Both the position numbers and the translations under genes were made by a program. Below the pieces are notes generated by a model. It was not told the DNA's origin. It searched no databases and saw only the letters and a program-made list of their open reading frames with translations. This document shows positions 38,435 to 51,760 of a stretch of 64,000 nucleotides of DNA, piece by piece (position 1 is the first letter of the stretch; each line of letters begins with the position of its first letter). The stretch is from NCBI RefSeq assembly GCF_001194135.2, contig NC_068989.1, forward strand, positions 50,450,901-50,514,900, in the 5' to 3' direction. Source of the stretch: Octopus bimaculoides (taxonomy: Eukaryota).

Positions 38435-38743
38435 GGATAGTTGTTTGTTTCTTCGCGAGCCATACCTGACCCATAATGGCCAGTTTCACGTTTTCTTTGG
38501 CGTATAGGTTCTCCACCTGGACGGAACGCCCGTCTGGCGCAGGTGAGCTGATATATACAGCAGTAAAGAGTGAGAGAAAGTTGCGGCGAAAGACTCAGCA
38601 GAGGTTCGCCATTACCCGTCGCCAGAGCCGTGCTGAGCTTAGGTGTTTCGCTCATAAGCAAACGCATTGCCCAGTCTGAGATTCGAACTCGCGATCCCTC
38701 GACCGCGAATCTGCTGCTTTAACCACTAGGCCATGTGCCTCCA
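38435..38743 (-). mobile_element. SINE sharing the family C head but with a different 3' region
   Basis: aagagtgagagaaagtt...aggtgtttcg...cgcgatcc..cgaccgcga..ctgct..aacca is shared with 36075-36250; the distal part differs. Confidence 0.8.
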
Positions 38744-39221
38744 CTGTTATTCCAGGCAAAGGTCAAATGCATTTACGTACGCAGGTGATTGTTTATCGTT
38801 ATATAAACAATGAAGCATATTCAAGAATTGGCTTTACACATGTGGTGACAGAGGTTTCATGAGGTTTTGTTCTTCAACTACGTAATCCGACCAGCGGAAA
38901 CACAAGTAATTTTTAGTGAGTGCGATATATGGTGTGATATTTTAATTTAAACTGGCTGACATTAGAACTGTAAATACCTGTATACTTAATGGGTAATTGT
39001 AAGAAGGATTAAGATTTGGTGCATCCGATTCTACCGTTATGTAGTGACACAACAAAAATAATGTAAAACAAAATCCCAAAACTTCTCCGTATAATATTTA
39101 GTAACTTATTATTATTATACCAACGATCTTTTCTGTTTTGTTTTTGTCTTCTATTACTTTCTGCATGTGGTCTCTGTCTCTCTTCCTCTGTCTCTCTCTC
39201 TATGTATGCTGAGCTGCTGAG

Positions 39222-39530
39222 ACACCCTTCAGTCATAACTGACCATAGGATTGCACCTAGAAAGTTACCTTCCCAGGCACAAGTCCGGGCAAGGTTGTTT
39301 ATGGAAGACCAGCAGTCGCCCATGCATACCAGCCTCCCTTCTCCACGCCACCGGTGTTATCCCACGGATAGGCAAAGGCCGATACAGCTTGGCATCTGTG
39401 ACGTCGCAACTCATTTCTACAGTTGAGTGAACTGGAGCAACGTGAAATAAAGTGTCTTGCTCAAGGACACAACACGCAGCCCGGTCTGAGATTCGAACTC
39501 ACAACCTCACGATCGTAAGCTCGACACTCG
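39222..39530 (-). mobile_element. SINE family D (tRNA-like head, CORE/V-like central motif), 5' end cut off
   Basis: Minus strand reads gtgagttcgaatctcagaccggg..gtgttgtgtccttgagcaagacactttatttcacgttgctccag. Confidence 0.75.
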
Positions 39531-39534
39531 ATAG

Positions 39535-39689
39535 TTTTCCGGTAGCACTATGTAAATAGATGCATACAGATGCATACACTACACATTAGTGCCTATGTCT
39601 GTATATCCGTGTGTATGTATGTATATATAGACATAGGCACTAATGTGCACACGTGTGTATGCATCTATTTGCATAGTGCAACCGGAAAA
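39535..39689. repeat. Fold-back / MITE-like palindrome (~70-bp imperfect arms)
   Basis: ttttccggtagcactatgtaaatagatgcatac..cacattagtgcctatgtct versus agacataggcactaatgtg..gtatgcatctatttgcatagtgcaaccggaaaa. Confidence 0.85.
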
Positions 39690-39729
39690 TTTTTAGCTTT
39701 CTGAAGCGTCACAGGTAAAGGAAATGTTG

Positions 39730-40600
39730 AAGTGAATCTAACGGTTTTGTGTGTTTCTATATGTCTTATAAACACCATCCACGCTGCACTTGAACAGGTA
39801 GGATTGGGTGACGAAGGGTACCATAAAAAACGAGAGACCGAGAGCACTATACTGGCAGCGCAGAATAAAGCTCTGGTCACGAACTGGAGGGTTAACCTTA
39901 GGAATGAGCAAGTGACTCCGCTGTGTCGCATCTGCAATAAAGTAGATGAAACCATTGCCCATATCACGAACGAATGCTTTAGACATGCCCAGACCCACTA
40001 CACGTTTTGGTGACACGACCAAGTAGCGAAAGTGTTGCATTGGAAACTGTATGAAATGTGTGTGTGGCGGAGGTGGGTGGGTAGAGAAAGGCAAGACGTG
40101 GTAATGAGCGCAGACCTCAAAAAGAGGCAGTGTCGAAGACTAGCAAAATCCTCTAGGATTTCCCAATTTAAACAGATCAGGTGCTAGAGTACAACAGACC
40201 GGACCTAATGATGGTGGACAAGGTGCGTCACATATGCTATGCAGTTGATGTTGCATGCCCCTTTGACACAGGAATAGTGAAGAAGGAAGGTGAAAACATA
40301 GATAGATACAACCCTTTTAAGTACGAAATAAACCCGCTATGGAGAATGAAGAAGGTGAAGATAGTGTCAATTATTGTTGGGCCCTTTGGGAACAGTATCA
40401 GAAGGCATCAAGAGGTATATAAAGAAAGTTGGAATAGAGAGCCCAGTAGAACTGTTAAAAAGGCTGGCCTCCTTTGCACGGCCAGAATAATCAGGATATA
40501 TAGCTGAAAAAGAACGAATAGCATGATACCTGAAAATCAGGGAGCAAGTCACTTGCCGCCTTGGCGGACTACTTTGACAGAGATGGTGTCTCGATAAAAA
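39730..40600 (+). mobile_element. R4/Dong-like LINE 3' fragment (CCHC knuckle + RLE)
   Basis: ETESTILAAQNKAL..CRICNKVDETIAHITNEC..HDQVAKVLHW; YNRPDLMMVDK..VDVACPFD..EK-like..VSIIVGPFG. Confidence 0.9.
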
Positions 40601-40647
40601 TACCAGTTGTTTGTAACTTAAAAACACACATCATTTGTGAAGTGAAA

Positions 40648-41530
40648 ATGCCAAGCAAAAATATTGATGATAACGGCGTGAACGGGACTGGAACCAATGG
40701 TGAAGGTGCTTCACACGGCAGATGTCCCACTGTGCAGCAGGGTGGCTCCGGTCGTAATTCAGCCACTATTAGCCATGCTACAAGACATAAGTGGAGTAAA
40801 CAAGTAAACTTGATTGCTATGGAGTGTTACTAGTAGAGCACCCCAGTAGATGCGAATGGCATACCTTTCAGAGGGTACAGAAAACGAATACACAGTGCAT
40901 GGAAGGCAATGGATCTGTTTAAAATTACTGAACAGAAATTATGTGACCAAGGAAGAGCGGTACGAAAGGATGGATGGTTAACAGAATTGGAGCTAGAAGC
41001 TATCAAAAATGGATATTCGGTAATGCTGGGCATGCAAGAAACGAAAGTGTTATAGTGGAAGAGATGGACAATTGTTCGCAAGAATATACTACCGTGAACT
41101 ATGAAAGATTTGAGATCAGTGACTTCTCAAACAATGAAGGTCGATCAATAATAGACAGGATTTTGGATCTTTTAAATACAGAAGGGGCATTATTTATGTG
41201 TGACTTTAAGGAAGCTAACCAATTGAGACTAAATCAAGAGACGAGTAAAGTCAATAATGTATTGAAGAACATTGAAACAAAGAACAGCACACAAAAAAAT
41301 AATAATATCAAGGCTGCTAGTAGAATTGTGCGGAAAATTTGGGATTGAGAAGTACTGAGAACAGAACAGGACAGCGATGGATAGAAGAGGGTAGTGTCAA
41401 TACTTATCAGGAAAAGAAATGGAGAACTTAAGAATGAGTGTAAATTCGAAAAAGTTAGGAAGAAGTATGGTGTAGATACAAAAGGCCTGAATGTTGTAAT
41501 CGAAGACCTGAAGCAGCGCATACTTGCAAA

Positions 41531-41561
<31 letters not shown>

Positions 41562-42900
41562 AGACCAAAGCTAACTAGGTTTGAACAACGTATTAAGCAA
41601 TACTGGCAAAACAAATTGTTTAGAACCGACTAAAAAAGATTTTATCAAGAGATTACTGACGATAAGAAAACGTGGAAGATTAGTTCCTGATGCTAATGAA
41701 AATCGACTTTTCTGGGATAAGATATGGAGTAAGCAAGAGCAACATAATACTACAGACGAATGGCTCTGCAGCGTGAAGCAAACAGCTTCATATCACTAGC
41801 AAGAGGCTATCCGCTTCACCGAAGACAGTGGAAAAATTTTGACAGTACACGAAGCCTTCCACCCTAAGAGTGACACTGATAGACTGTGAGAGGACAAATA
41901 CAAGATCAGTTCCCTGGATTTCATTGAAGGCTGATATATAAAAAATGCCGTGGAGGCATTATTGAAACATACGAAGAAAGCTGGCGTCATCAAAACTGAA
42001 AATTGTGTAATGAAAGAAAAATTCAAAGAAGAAATGAACACAAAAAAAAAGAAAAGCATGGAAGGAAAAAGTAATGCACGGTAAGCTTGCAAGGGATGCG
42101 AACGCAAAGACAGCAAGAGAAGATGGTGGCTAAGGATGTGGAGGAGTGACTTGACGATAGAGACAGAAGTACTCATAAGCGCAGCTCAAGAACCGTTAAG
42201 GGCCTACTATATAAAGTACAGAATAGACAACACTACCGACAGCGACAAACGCTGAATGTGTGGTGAGAGGGGTGAAATGGTATGGCACATCGTTAGTACG
42301 TGCCGTAAATTAGGCCAACAAGAATGTAAAGGACACGATGACAATGTGGTAAGAATGATCCATTGCGATCTCTGTGAAAATCAATGCCTACAAAGAGCAA
42401 AGATGTGATATGAACAAACCACAGAGCGAATCACCGAGAATGAGAATTTCAAAATTCTGTGGGATGCAAAGATCCAGTGCGATCACCTGACCAGACATTG
42501 GAAACCGGACATTTTTGTGGTGAATAGAAAAGAAAGAATATGCATGATAATGGACATAGCATGCCCCGGTGGCAATAGGGTCAATGTGAAAGAAGAAAAA
42601 AGAACCAACTATGACGATTTGAAGTGGGAAATTATAAGGTTGTGTTCAATGAGGTTCGTAGACGTGATACCAATAGTAATTGGTGCACTTGGAAGTATCA
42701 GGACTCAACTCCCAACTTGGCTGAAAAAGACTGGTGCAAGTGTGAAGGTAGAACATCTACAAAGATCAGCATTGCTTGTAACTGTAAGAATTCTTCGCAG
42801 TGTTTTTGAAGCGCAACGAGTAAACGAATGTCACCTTAGTCTGCTGGCTATGGCCAGCTGACATTTTCCATCATAGCCAGCAAATGTGAGTTTTCATGAC
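40648..42900 (+). mobile_element. R4/Dong-like LINE with both protein ends but RT core deleted
   Basis: [48 protein letters not shown]; IEDLKQRI..RFEQRIKQYWQNKLF; jumps near 41900 to post-RT TEVLISAAQE..HIVSTC..KILWDAKIQCD..KPDIFVV..IDIA-like..VIPIVIGALG. Ends in (AAT)n. Confidence 0.88.
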
Positions 42901-42908
42901 ATAATAAC

Positions 42909-42971
<63 letters not shown>

Positions 42972-42990
42972 AAGAAAAAAATAAGAACAA
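42901..42990. repeat. (AAT)n-(AAG)n-(AAC)n microsatellite between two R4-like elements
   Basis: Direct reading. Confidence 0.95.
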
Positions 42991-44960
42991 CAACAACAAG
43001 AAATAAAGAATACTAAGGAGATCCACAGGCAAAGTAAATGGCGTTTTGAGCTTGGTAAAAGCAGAAATCATTAGTGATACAAACCGGCTATTTTTAGCTG
43101 CTGCTAATACTTTAGCTGACTCTATTAAAGAAACGGAAAACTGTAGAAACGAAGGGAAATAAAAACCAAACCGGAAGATGAGGATACGAATGAAGTTGGA
43201 AAAGACATGAAAATAACTGGGGGAATTGAACAGGAGATAATTGGAAAATAACTGGGAGAATTAAAGAGGAGCTCAAGAATGAGGTAGGAATCACGTAGGT
43301 TAGAAGAGAGGGGAAAGCAACATGTACATGCAGAATTGTCACAAAGACTGGCAACGTTAAAGACTAAATTAAAAACTTATGATGCTTGATGCAAAAGAGA
43401 GACTATTTCAATCAAATAGAAGACGTCTTTCAGAAGAAAGAGAGTGCGAACAACATCAATAACTGATCTCTGGTGCGGAAGAAAATAAAGTATTTTGGGG
43501 AGAACTTTAGAACAGGCCAGTGAGATATAAAGGAAGTGCAGAGAAGGTAACAAATGTTGAGAGACAACTTGAAGCTCTGCCAAGAGACGTCAGAATTGGT
43601 CTATATTCAATAGGACTGAGGTTTACAGAGCTGCATGATACACATCTGGAAAGTAACAATCTACTTCCAGAAAAAGGGAAAGCATGTAGGAAACAGAGTA
43701 GAGAAACAGAAGACCACTTATTAATGGATAAAATGACAATTCGAAATTGTAGACGTAGATTGACGAGACTGCATGCAACATTACAAAAACAAAAACAAAA
43801 AGAAAAGAAAATATTACATGGTACCGCACAGTTGGATCAGTAAAACAATTTGAACTGAACTATTGGACTGAACAAAGAACTAGAAAGCTGTTCATAATGT
43901 ATGGAGCCCACCACCCAATGACAAATATCAACCAGCTGTTCATGAAGAAAGACCAGCATGGAAGAGGCTTACTTGCCGTGGAAAAGTGTACGCAGATGGA
44001 AGCGAAAATCCTGCGGAAGTATATACAGAACAGCATAGAGAAATTACTAAAAACAGTGAGTAGGGAACAGGTGATCAATTGTGGAATAGGAGAGAAAGCA
44101 AAAATGAAATTCAAAGAAAGCATTTCAAACAAATTTAAGAGAAATTTTACATAATGGGTTTTGGAAAGCCATTGAGGATATAGGTCGAACAAAACCCTGC
44201 ACGCGTCTAAAAAAAGGACAATTAAAAAAACAAAACAAAAAGAGAGCCTAATTATAGCAGCTCTTGATCGAGCAATAAAAACAGAAACTAAGAAATTATG
44301 TGTATGGGGAGATGGTGTCAGAAAAATGTAGTCTGGGTAATTTGGAATGAGCCATTGGCACACATTGTTGCAAAAAGTCCCACGTTTGCCCAATGAGAAT
44401 ATAAGAAATGGAGCATGACCGAATTGTGAATATTTTACACTGAACGCTTTGTCAGAAATAGGAATTTGGAGCTGGAGGTACACAGTATGATCATCGGGTC
44501 GAAAGAATGATATAAACGGAGAAATTGAAAATTCTACGGGAGGGATTTTCCTATTTAAACAGATAAGAAGCTAGAAAATAATGGACTTGCTAGCTAATTG
44601 ATCCATCATATCCGTTTGACCCCAGGATTGAAAAGATAGAGGATGAAAAAAAAAATACACTTCCTTAAGATTTGAAATTGTAAGAATTTGGAATATGAAA
44701 ACTGTGAAGGCCTGTACCTATAATATTTCGTGCATTGGGATCTGTAAGCAAGGATATAGACAAATGGTTGAAGGAGGTGGCAAAAGAATGTCCTGTAGAG
44801 CTTGTACAGAAAGTTTGCTTCTTAAGGGCAGGATAGATTATCAAGGGGGTTTTAAGCACTTGAAAGACTATTGAAAGCGTGTGGTTACCTAAGGCTGCAG
44901 GTAGCAACCCGCTACCCAGATAAATTCTACTGGGAATACGGACGAACTTGAGTCAAATCT
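42990..44960 (+). mobile_element. R4/Dong-like LINE, heavily degraded, partial RT
   Basis: NNLLPEKGKACRKQSRETEDHLLMDK (RT start), RTRKLFIMYGAHHPMTNINQLF..GRGLL (thumb), ESLIIAA, PFDPRIEK..YTSLRFEIVRIWNMK (RLE). Confidence 0.8.
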
Positions 44961-44989
44961 TCAATGATTATAGTAAGGGCAATAATAAT

Positions 44990-45310
44990 GAGTTGAAAGT
45001 GGGGAATGAAGAGTGTAACTGTAATCCAAATAGATGTAAAGGCATTGGGAATCTAACAACCAATTTTGAGAAATAGGTCAGGGAAATTTGAATTGACAAA
45101 ACAGTAGAACATGCTCAAAAGCCTTCACTCGATAGTGCAGCCTTTTGAGCATGTTTTGAGCAGGCCAGCGAAGATTTTGAGATTGGTACCTGGATGTTAA
45201 ATATGGTGGAAAGAGACCCTGTGAGACCTTTGACAATCATTTTGCTGTTCGCTCTCACGGAATTAACCGGGGCAAATTATATCAGGATCTCTGAGAATTA
45301 ACATATGATA
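44990..45310 (+). mobile_element. Short 3' fragment of another R4-like LINE
   Basis: WGMKSVTVIQIDVKALG followed by 3'UTR-like sequence and TA/AAT repeats. Confidence 0.55.
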
Positions 45311-45323
45311 AATATTATTTATA

Positions 45324-45355
<32 letters not shown>

Positions 45356-45897
45356 ATTAGGGACGAAATCCAAAATTACAGGTAAAAAGCTCAATTAAAA
45401 TCAATTTATAAAAAAATAAAATTAAATTGAGTCTTATAGATAAAGTATATATAAAATATATAGTTTTAGGGAAAATAACCANNNNNNNNNNNNNNNNNNN
45501 NNNNNNNNNNNNNNNNNNNNNNNNNNNNNNNNNNNNNNNNNNNNNNNNNNNNNNNNNNNNNNNNNNNNNNNNNNNNNNNNNNNNNNNNNNNNNNNNNNNN
45601 NNNNNNNNNNNNNNNNNNNNNNNNNNNNNNNNNNNNNNNNNNNNNNNNNNNNNNNNNNNNNNNNNNNNNNNNNNNNNNNNNNNNNNNNNNNNNNNNNNNN
45701 NNNNNNNNNNNNNNNNNNNNNNNNNNNNNNNNNNNNNNNNNNNNNNNNNNNNNNNNNNNNNNNNNNNNNNNNNNNNNNNNNNNNNNNNNNNNNNNNNNNN
45801 NNNNNNNNNNNNNNNNNNNNNNNNNNNNNNNNNNNNNNNNNNNNNNNNNNNNNNNNNNNNNNNNNNNNNNNNNNNNNNNNNNNNNNNNNNNNNNNNN

Positions 45898-45931
<34 letters not shown>

Positions 45932-46289
45932 GTATGCATGCATGTATGTATGTATGTATTGTATATATGTACGTAGGGCTCGGCTCATTCATAACGAAAA
46001 TAAATTCGTCGAAAGTATAATTGCTAAGGAAGAAGTTGGCTGAAAAATATATAATCGTAAAACTATCGTAGGAATGCATATTCATAGAAAATAAGAGAAA
46101 TACATAAAAACCAAAAGCCAACTGATTTTTAGTGATAAGAACGAATTATATTTTAGATGAAATTTATTTTCAATTTATTTTCAGATTATTTTCGCGTTAG
46201 ATTTAATAGTAAAATTCATTTTCGGTAAAAATACACCGAAATCTAATCTCAATTAACTTTCTGGAACAACCTATTGTAAATTCAAAATT

Positions 46290-46690
46290 ACTAACTATTT
46301 GGTAAAAAAAAATGAAAGCAGTGTTTGAACGTTCTTACTACCACTGATTGTTTCATCAAATGTTAGCACCTCGAAATGGATCACACCAACACAATCCCGT
46401 CAGACACTAAACAGCACTTTTCTTAGACAGATGTCTCTTTTTGGATTGTTTTGGGTAATTAAAATTCACTAAGTCATTGTCTGCGCTTAACAATATCTTA
46501 AATGATCCAATTTCCATCATCTGTCAGGAGTCTGTCCATAATTGCAGATGTCCACTCTTATTGAGATTTTGTCTTTCAAGTTATAATGATTACATTTTCT
46601 TAGATTTGATGTAATTCCAATCTCATGCAGTTAAAAAATAATTGCTCAACGACCTCTCTTTAATTTCTCAGCAAATTCTTTATAGATAAC
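46290..46690 (-). mobile_element. Mariner-like transposase remnant
   Basis: Minus strand reads SV*RDCVGVIHFEVL..ETI, resembling mariner LxVWWDxxGVIHxELL. Confidence 0.5.
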
Positions 46691-46799
46691 CGCATACATA
46701 CATACATACATACACACATATACATACATACATACATATATACATACATACATACATACATACATACATACATACATACATACATACATCTCCTTGAGC

Positions 46800-47900
46800 A
46801 ACACTTTTTGTCTGATAACCTAAAATACATGCCCAAAGTAGTCACACGATTCTATCGCAACGTATCATCAGATGAAGAGACGAGCCTATATGAGCAGAAT
46901 ACTATGCATGGATTTGTTAATAGAAAGCTCCGTGATGATCATCAGAGCAGTTTATCATGGACCAATAGCCGGATTACTACCTCTCACTTTGATGGGGAAG
47001 CGTTTGCAATCCAGGAACAGGAAATATCAGCCAAATACTTGATTTAAAAAAAGGATAGAGATGCAGGAAAAGCCGTAAAATGTGACAACCGTTGCAGACT
47101 TTGTGGAGTTCACGCTGAAGATATCACCCACATCATAAGCAGTTATCCGAAAATGTCATGCCGATGAGACAGAAGTTGTAGTTAGGACATTGTATAATGA
47201 AATCCGTCAGAAGGATCATCTCGATGACAAAGAAATAAGAACCCACAATATGGTAGAAGCCATAGCCACTCATAATACAAAGGAATACTGGTGGAATGTA
47301 CCAGTGAAGAACTCAATAAAATATAATCACAACAGTCCTGATATAATGATTTGAGAAAGAGAAGAGAAACTGTGGACAGTTGTGGAAATTAGCTGCCCAG
47401 CGGATGTTAACATAAAACTGAAGATCAGTGAAAAGGAGAACTCCTATTCTGAACTATTGAGAAATCTGCTGTTATTCTATCCAGATTACAAGTTCGGGTT
47501 TATACCTGTAATTAACGGAGCCCTGGGATATGTAACACACTGCCTAAATACCAATCTTGAGAAATTAGGCTTCTCAAAACCAGAAAGTAGAAAGCTAATT
47601 TGATGACTACAGATCCAATCCATCAGTGGAACTGTAAAAATCTGTAAAACCATCCAGAGGTTTACCGTTTAAATACATTTGAGTATGTTTAGATATGCAA
47701 CTATATGCATGAGAATACATACATGAAACATACAAATCTGCACATACATACATACATACATACATGCATACATACATACATACATACATACATACATAGA
47801 AATAAAAATACCCTGTTGTTGGTGTTGAAATTCCAACGGAGCCTTGAATCTAGATTAGAAACTGGTTCTTTCTCTATTGGCAAGAAATCTTGAAATGAAC
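46800..47900 (+). mobile_element. 5'-truncated RLE-type non-LTR element (subfamily distinct from the other R4-like copies)
   Basis: AFAIQEQEI..CRLCGVHAEDITHIISS; EYWWNVP; HNSPDI; VVEISCPADVNI..EKENSY..FIPVINGALG..QIQSISGTVKICK. Confidence 0.85.
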
Positions 47901-47994
47901 CTACCTACCTACGTACCTACCTACATACATACATACATACATACATACATACATACATACATACATACATACAGATTACACGTTCAGGTATATA

Positions 47995-48345
47995 CGTGTA
48001 ATTATTCGTACACTGGGATAGGTAACAGACTGCCTAAATGCTAATCTTGAGAAATTAGGCTTCTGAAAGACAGAAATGAGAAAGTTGATTTGGAGACTAG
48101 AGATCCATTGAAACTATAAATTTCTGTAAAACTTTCCAGAGGTTTATCATTTAAGTATATATGGGCATGTCTAGATATACATCTAGATACGCATGACAAT
48201 ACGTACATAAAACAAGGCATACAAATCTGCACTTACATACACGTACATACAAAAATACCCTGTTGATGTTGAAATTCCAATGAAGGAGTCTTGGATATAA
48301 GTTAGAACCAGCTCTTTCTCTATTGGCAAGAAATCTTGAAATTAA
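47995..48345 (+). mobile_element. Second, shorter copy of the 3' end of the 46800-47900 element
   Basis: ctgggata.gtaaca.actgcctaaat..aatcttgagaaattaggcttct...aaaataccctgttg..tctctattggcaagaaatcttgaaat matches 47523-47897. Confidence 0.85.
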
Positions 48346-48582
48346 ACTGAATAATGACGTACATAGACGCATAATCGGTCGACTTTTGAGTAGTAATAGT
48401 CAATGTAGTCGCTGGTTATAGCACCTATATCACCAAGAGCAAAATAGGTGCGAAACCGACGGTAACTCCTGATCGGCTATACTCAACAACTACATTAAAT
48501 GCATACATACATACATGCATGCATACATACATACATACATACATACATACATACTCACACACACACACACATACACACACAT

Positions 48583-48635
<53 letters not shown>

Positions 48636-49499
48636 CACATATATATATATATATGTATATAAATATGAGAATGTGAGTGTGTGTGTGTATGTGTGTATGT
48701 ACATCATGGAAGAACTGCCACGTCAGAATATAAAGATCAGTTTCTATATTCTTTATGAAAGACCAGGTTAAATACTACAAGGATAGGCAAAACCATGACA
48801 TTACTTCGCAAATTTACTTGAAAATGTTTCTAATTTCTCTTTTACATTAACCTATATCTAAACTATTTGTTGAGCGCTATTCAACTTTTTCTAACTGGTT
48901 TTTATTAAAATACACAATAAATATATAAGACTAATACATCAAATAACTGTCTCATATATATTTAAATATATATATATCTTATTAATCATGGCTGGAGGCA
49001 AAATTTAGATTGAAATGAATTTAATACATTTCAATTTTCTACAATTTACATTGTTCTTCATATTTTGCATCTTAGATTTTTATACCATAATTATCTTCTA
49101 TTTTTCTCATTTCTGCAGCTTCCGTTCTTTGTTGCCCATATTCTACTGCTTTCGCAGAACATCTTTGAATCTAACTTAGCAAAACTTTTTCTTTCAATAC
49201 AATACTATATGATCCATTTTTGAATAACTTTTTAAATTATTATTACTGTGTAGTAAATAGATTCATTTTACCGACTAACGATTTAGAATTAAGGAAAACG
49301 AGCTTATTTGATCTGAAGGACTCATATCTATAAAATATACCCCACTTATGCTCTAAAAACAAAAATATCATAAGTACTGATTTGTAAATTACTTGTTAGA
49401 ACATAAATCGTATACAGGCTTCTCTGCCGCAGAACATATATTTCAGCGGTCACCCCTAGTTGTTACACTGTGCTAAACATTCACTGACCAAAACACTGC

Positions 49500-50230
49500 A
49501 GTCAATTGGCAGTTAATGACCGACAAATCACTATGTACTATTTCCTATTTGATGACCACTAGAAAGTATGAAAAATGGCTGATAGCTCTTTCAAACCTTG
49601 CTCTTTTTCAAGCCCTGAAGAATCTCTCATGGTCATGATGCTCCCCACTACTCCTGCACATGTTGCCACTAAGGAACATGCTGAAAAGGTTAAGGTCAAG
49701 CAAATCTATGGTTGTTTTGAGAAGAATATTTGCTATAACGATATTTCTGTTCAGCACTTCATCTTTGAAATGTAATGGAAAATAAATCAGTTTCAAAACA
49801 ATGCGTCCAGGTCACGAAAGCAAAGTTTGAAGGGAACAGTAGTCATTTCCTTTGATTTCTTGATAGAAGCAAATCGGAAATAACATTTACTCAGCAAGTA
49901 AACATTTTCTTACACTGTGTTATTGATGAACGCATCCAAAGACCACTTACGGGTTATTTCTCCTGTCTCCTCTCTGTAATTGTACTAAAGTGGTTCCACT
50001 TCCAGCAGACCCACTTTAACAATACCACACACATGAATCTTATTTCGACATCACGAGCATTTAATACTTAGTTATTTAGGAAGAACACCAGAATAATGAT
50101 TTCTGCAATAGACATCAATCTTCCACTACTCAGATGTAATCAACATGTTTCTGGCAGGATGAGGTCAGTTAAAGCTGTAAGGGACAAACAACTGCATCAA
50201 TTTCACTTTGTCAGATCCATTAAAATTCAC
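49500..50230 (-). mobile_element. Very degraded mariner-like remnant
   Basis: Weak resemblance of ..FFRA*KRARFERAI.. to the mariner C-terminus. Confidence 0.3.
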
Positions 50231-50232
50231 TA

Positions 50233-50287
<55 letters not shown>

Positions 50288-50829
50288 CGCGCGTATGTGT
50301 ATGTATGCGCGTGTCTGAAATCAAACTTTCCGCAGTATCTGAGAAACCACCTTATTTTTAACACATCAACAATGAAATTATCTTATTCCTCCACACCAAA
50401 TTTAAGAAAATATAATAGTGTGTGTTAATAGATATAATATTCAGATTCAGACTAATATACACCAGGACCATTGTTCAGCACTCCATATTAGTCCAAAAAT
50501 AGCACAACTAATATAAATTGTAGAACAATAAACAAAACCTGTAATTGTCGTATACCTAATGCATGACCACTTAGGAGCTTCTCTCAGCATAAACATGTAG
50601 TTTATAAATGTCTTGTAGGAACACTAAGTAAACACCATGCAAAGACCTACATAGGTAGAACCATAGACTTTAAATGAGGATATAGCGCTCATGGAAATTC
50701 TTTCAATAAGATAAAATACAAATTCTCCACATCATTAGCCACACACATAGATGAACTTAAATCACAAAACATACAATATACACTGGCTTGATCCATTATA
50801 AAAGAAGCTCCATCTAATAATAAAAGATA

Positions 50830-51660
50830 GGAAAATTCAAGCTACGTTTAAAAGTGTCATTAATTATTGTCCGTCTACACAACTCCGCGATATTAAGTAA
50901 ATTTTCCCATACTGACATTGGTTTTACTCAATATTTTTGCATTATGATTCCGTCCTCTTTATTTTTTGGCTTTAGCAATAATTCTCGATTCTATCTGGTG
51001 TTTGCTCATTCCACTTTCTTTCAATATCCATATCATATTTCACACCGATGTTGCCATATTCCTCGTTTAGTCTTTGCATGACGCCAGTTGTGTGTGTGCA
51101 TGTCTTTGTTATTCTGTTGGGGGTCAGTGATCTTGGCCTTGTATACGAGTTCTTTCTCGATCAAGACAGTTGTTGTTTAGAGAGCGGTGGTTTGGTGATC
51201 TACAGTTGCATTGCCTTTCACGGGTGTTTCTGGTGTGTTTATATTTATTGTGATTGAGTATTATTGACGTTAATTTGGGGAGGCAACTATAGCTAACTTC
51301 AGTAGTATGTCTGTTGAAGATCGTGTGGCATTTGTGTAAATGTTGAAAGTAGTCTATTTATATTTATTTCAATGTAGTATATGTTATTCTTGAAGTTGGC
51401 TTTTTCTAATACAGTATTATAATATGAGGCGATTTTTAAAATGTCATTTTCGGCGGATAAATTGGAGACACACATGCAAATGTTGTTAACCACTTGTCTA
51501 ATTAATGCTAGTTGGTGGTTGGAATCTATATCTGTGTACGTGGCGTCCTCGTTTGGTTTGCGAGAGGGTTTAAATTTTTCTGTGTTAAGATGCATGTTAA
51601 TGTCTAGGAAGTTGCCTTCTTTAAGGTTTGTACTAATTATTGTTTATTGTTTATAGGTAA
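50830..51660 (-). mobile_element. Penelope-like element fragment (RT thumb + GIY-YIG region)
   Basis: LNTEKFKPSRKPNEDATYTDIDSNHQLALI..YYNTVL (RT C-terminus) and CNCRSPN..NNNCL..VYKAKIT (pre-GIY-YIG). Confidence 0.75.
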
Positions 51661-51728
51661 ATATTTTACATAAATTTTTCCTTATTTTATCCATATCATG
51701 ACCATTTTTATAGTATACTACTCACAGG

Positions 51729-51760
<32 letters not shown>

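Noticed and set aside
50237-50295. (TG)n(CG)n tract with Z-DNA potential
   Set aside because: An ordinary microsatellite in a genome saturated with them.
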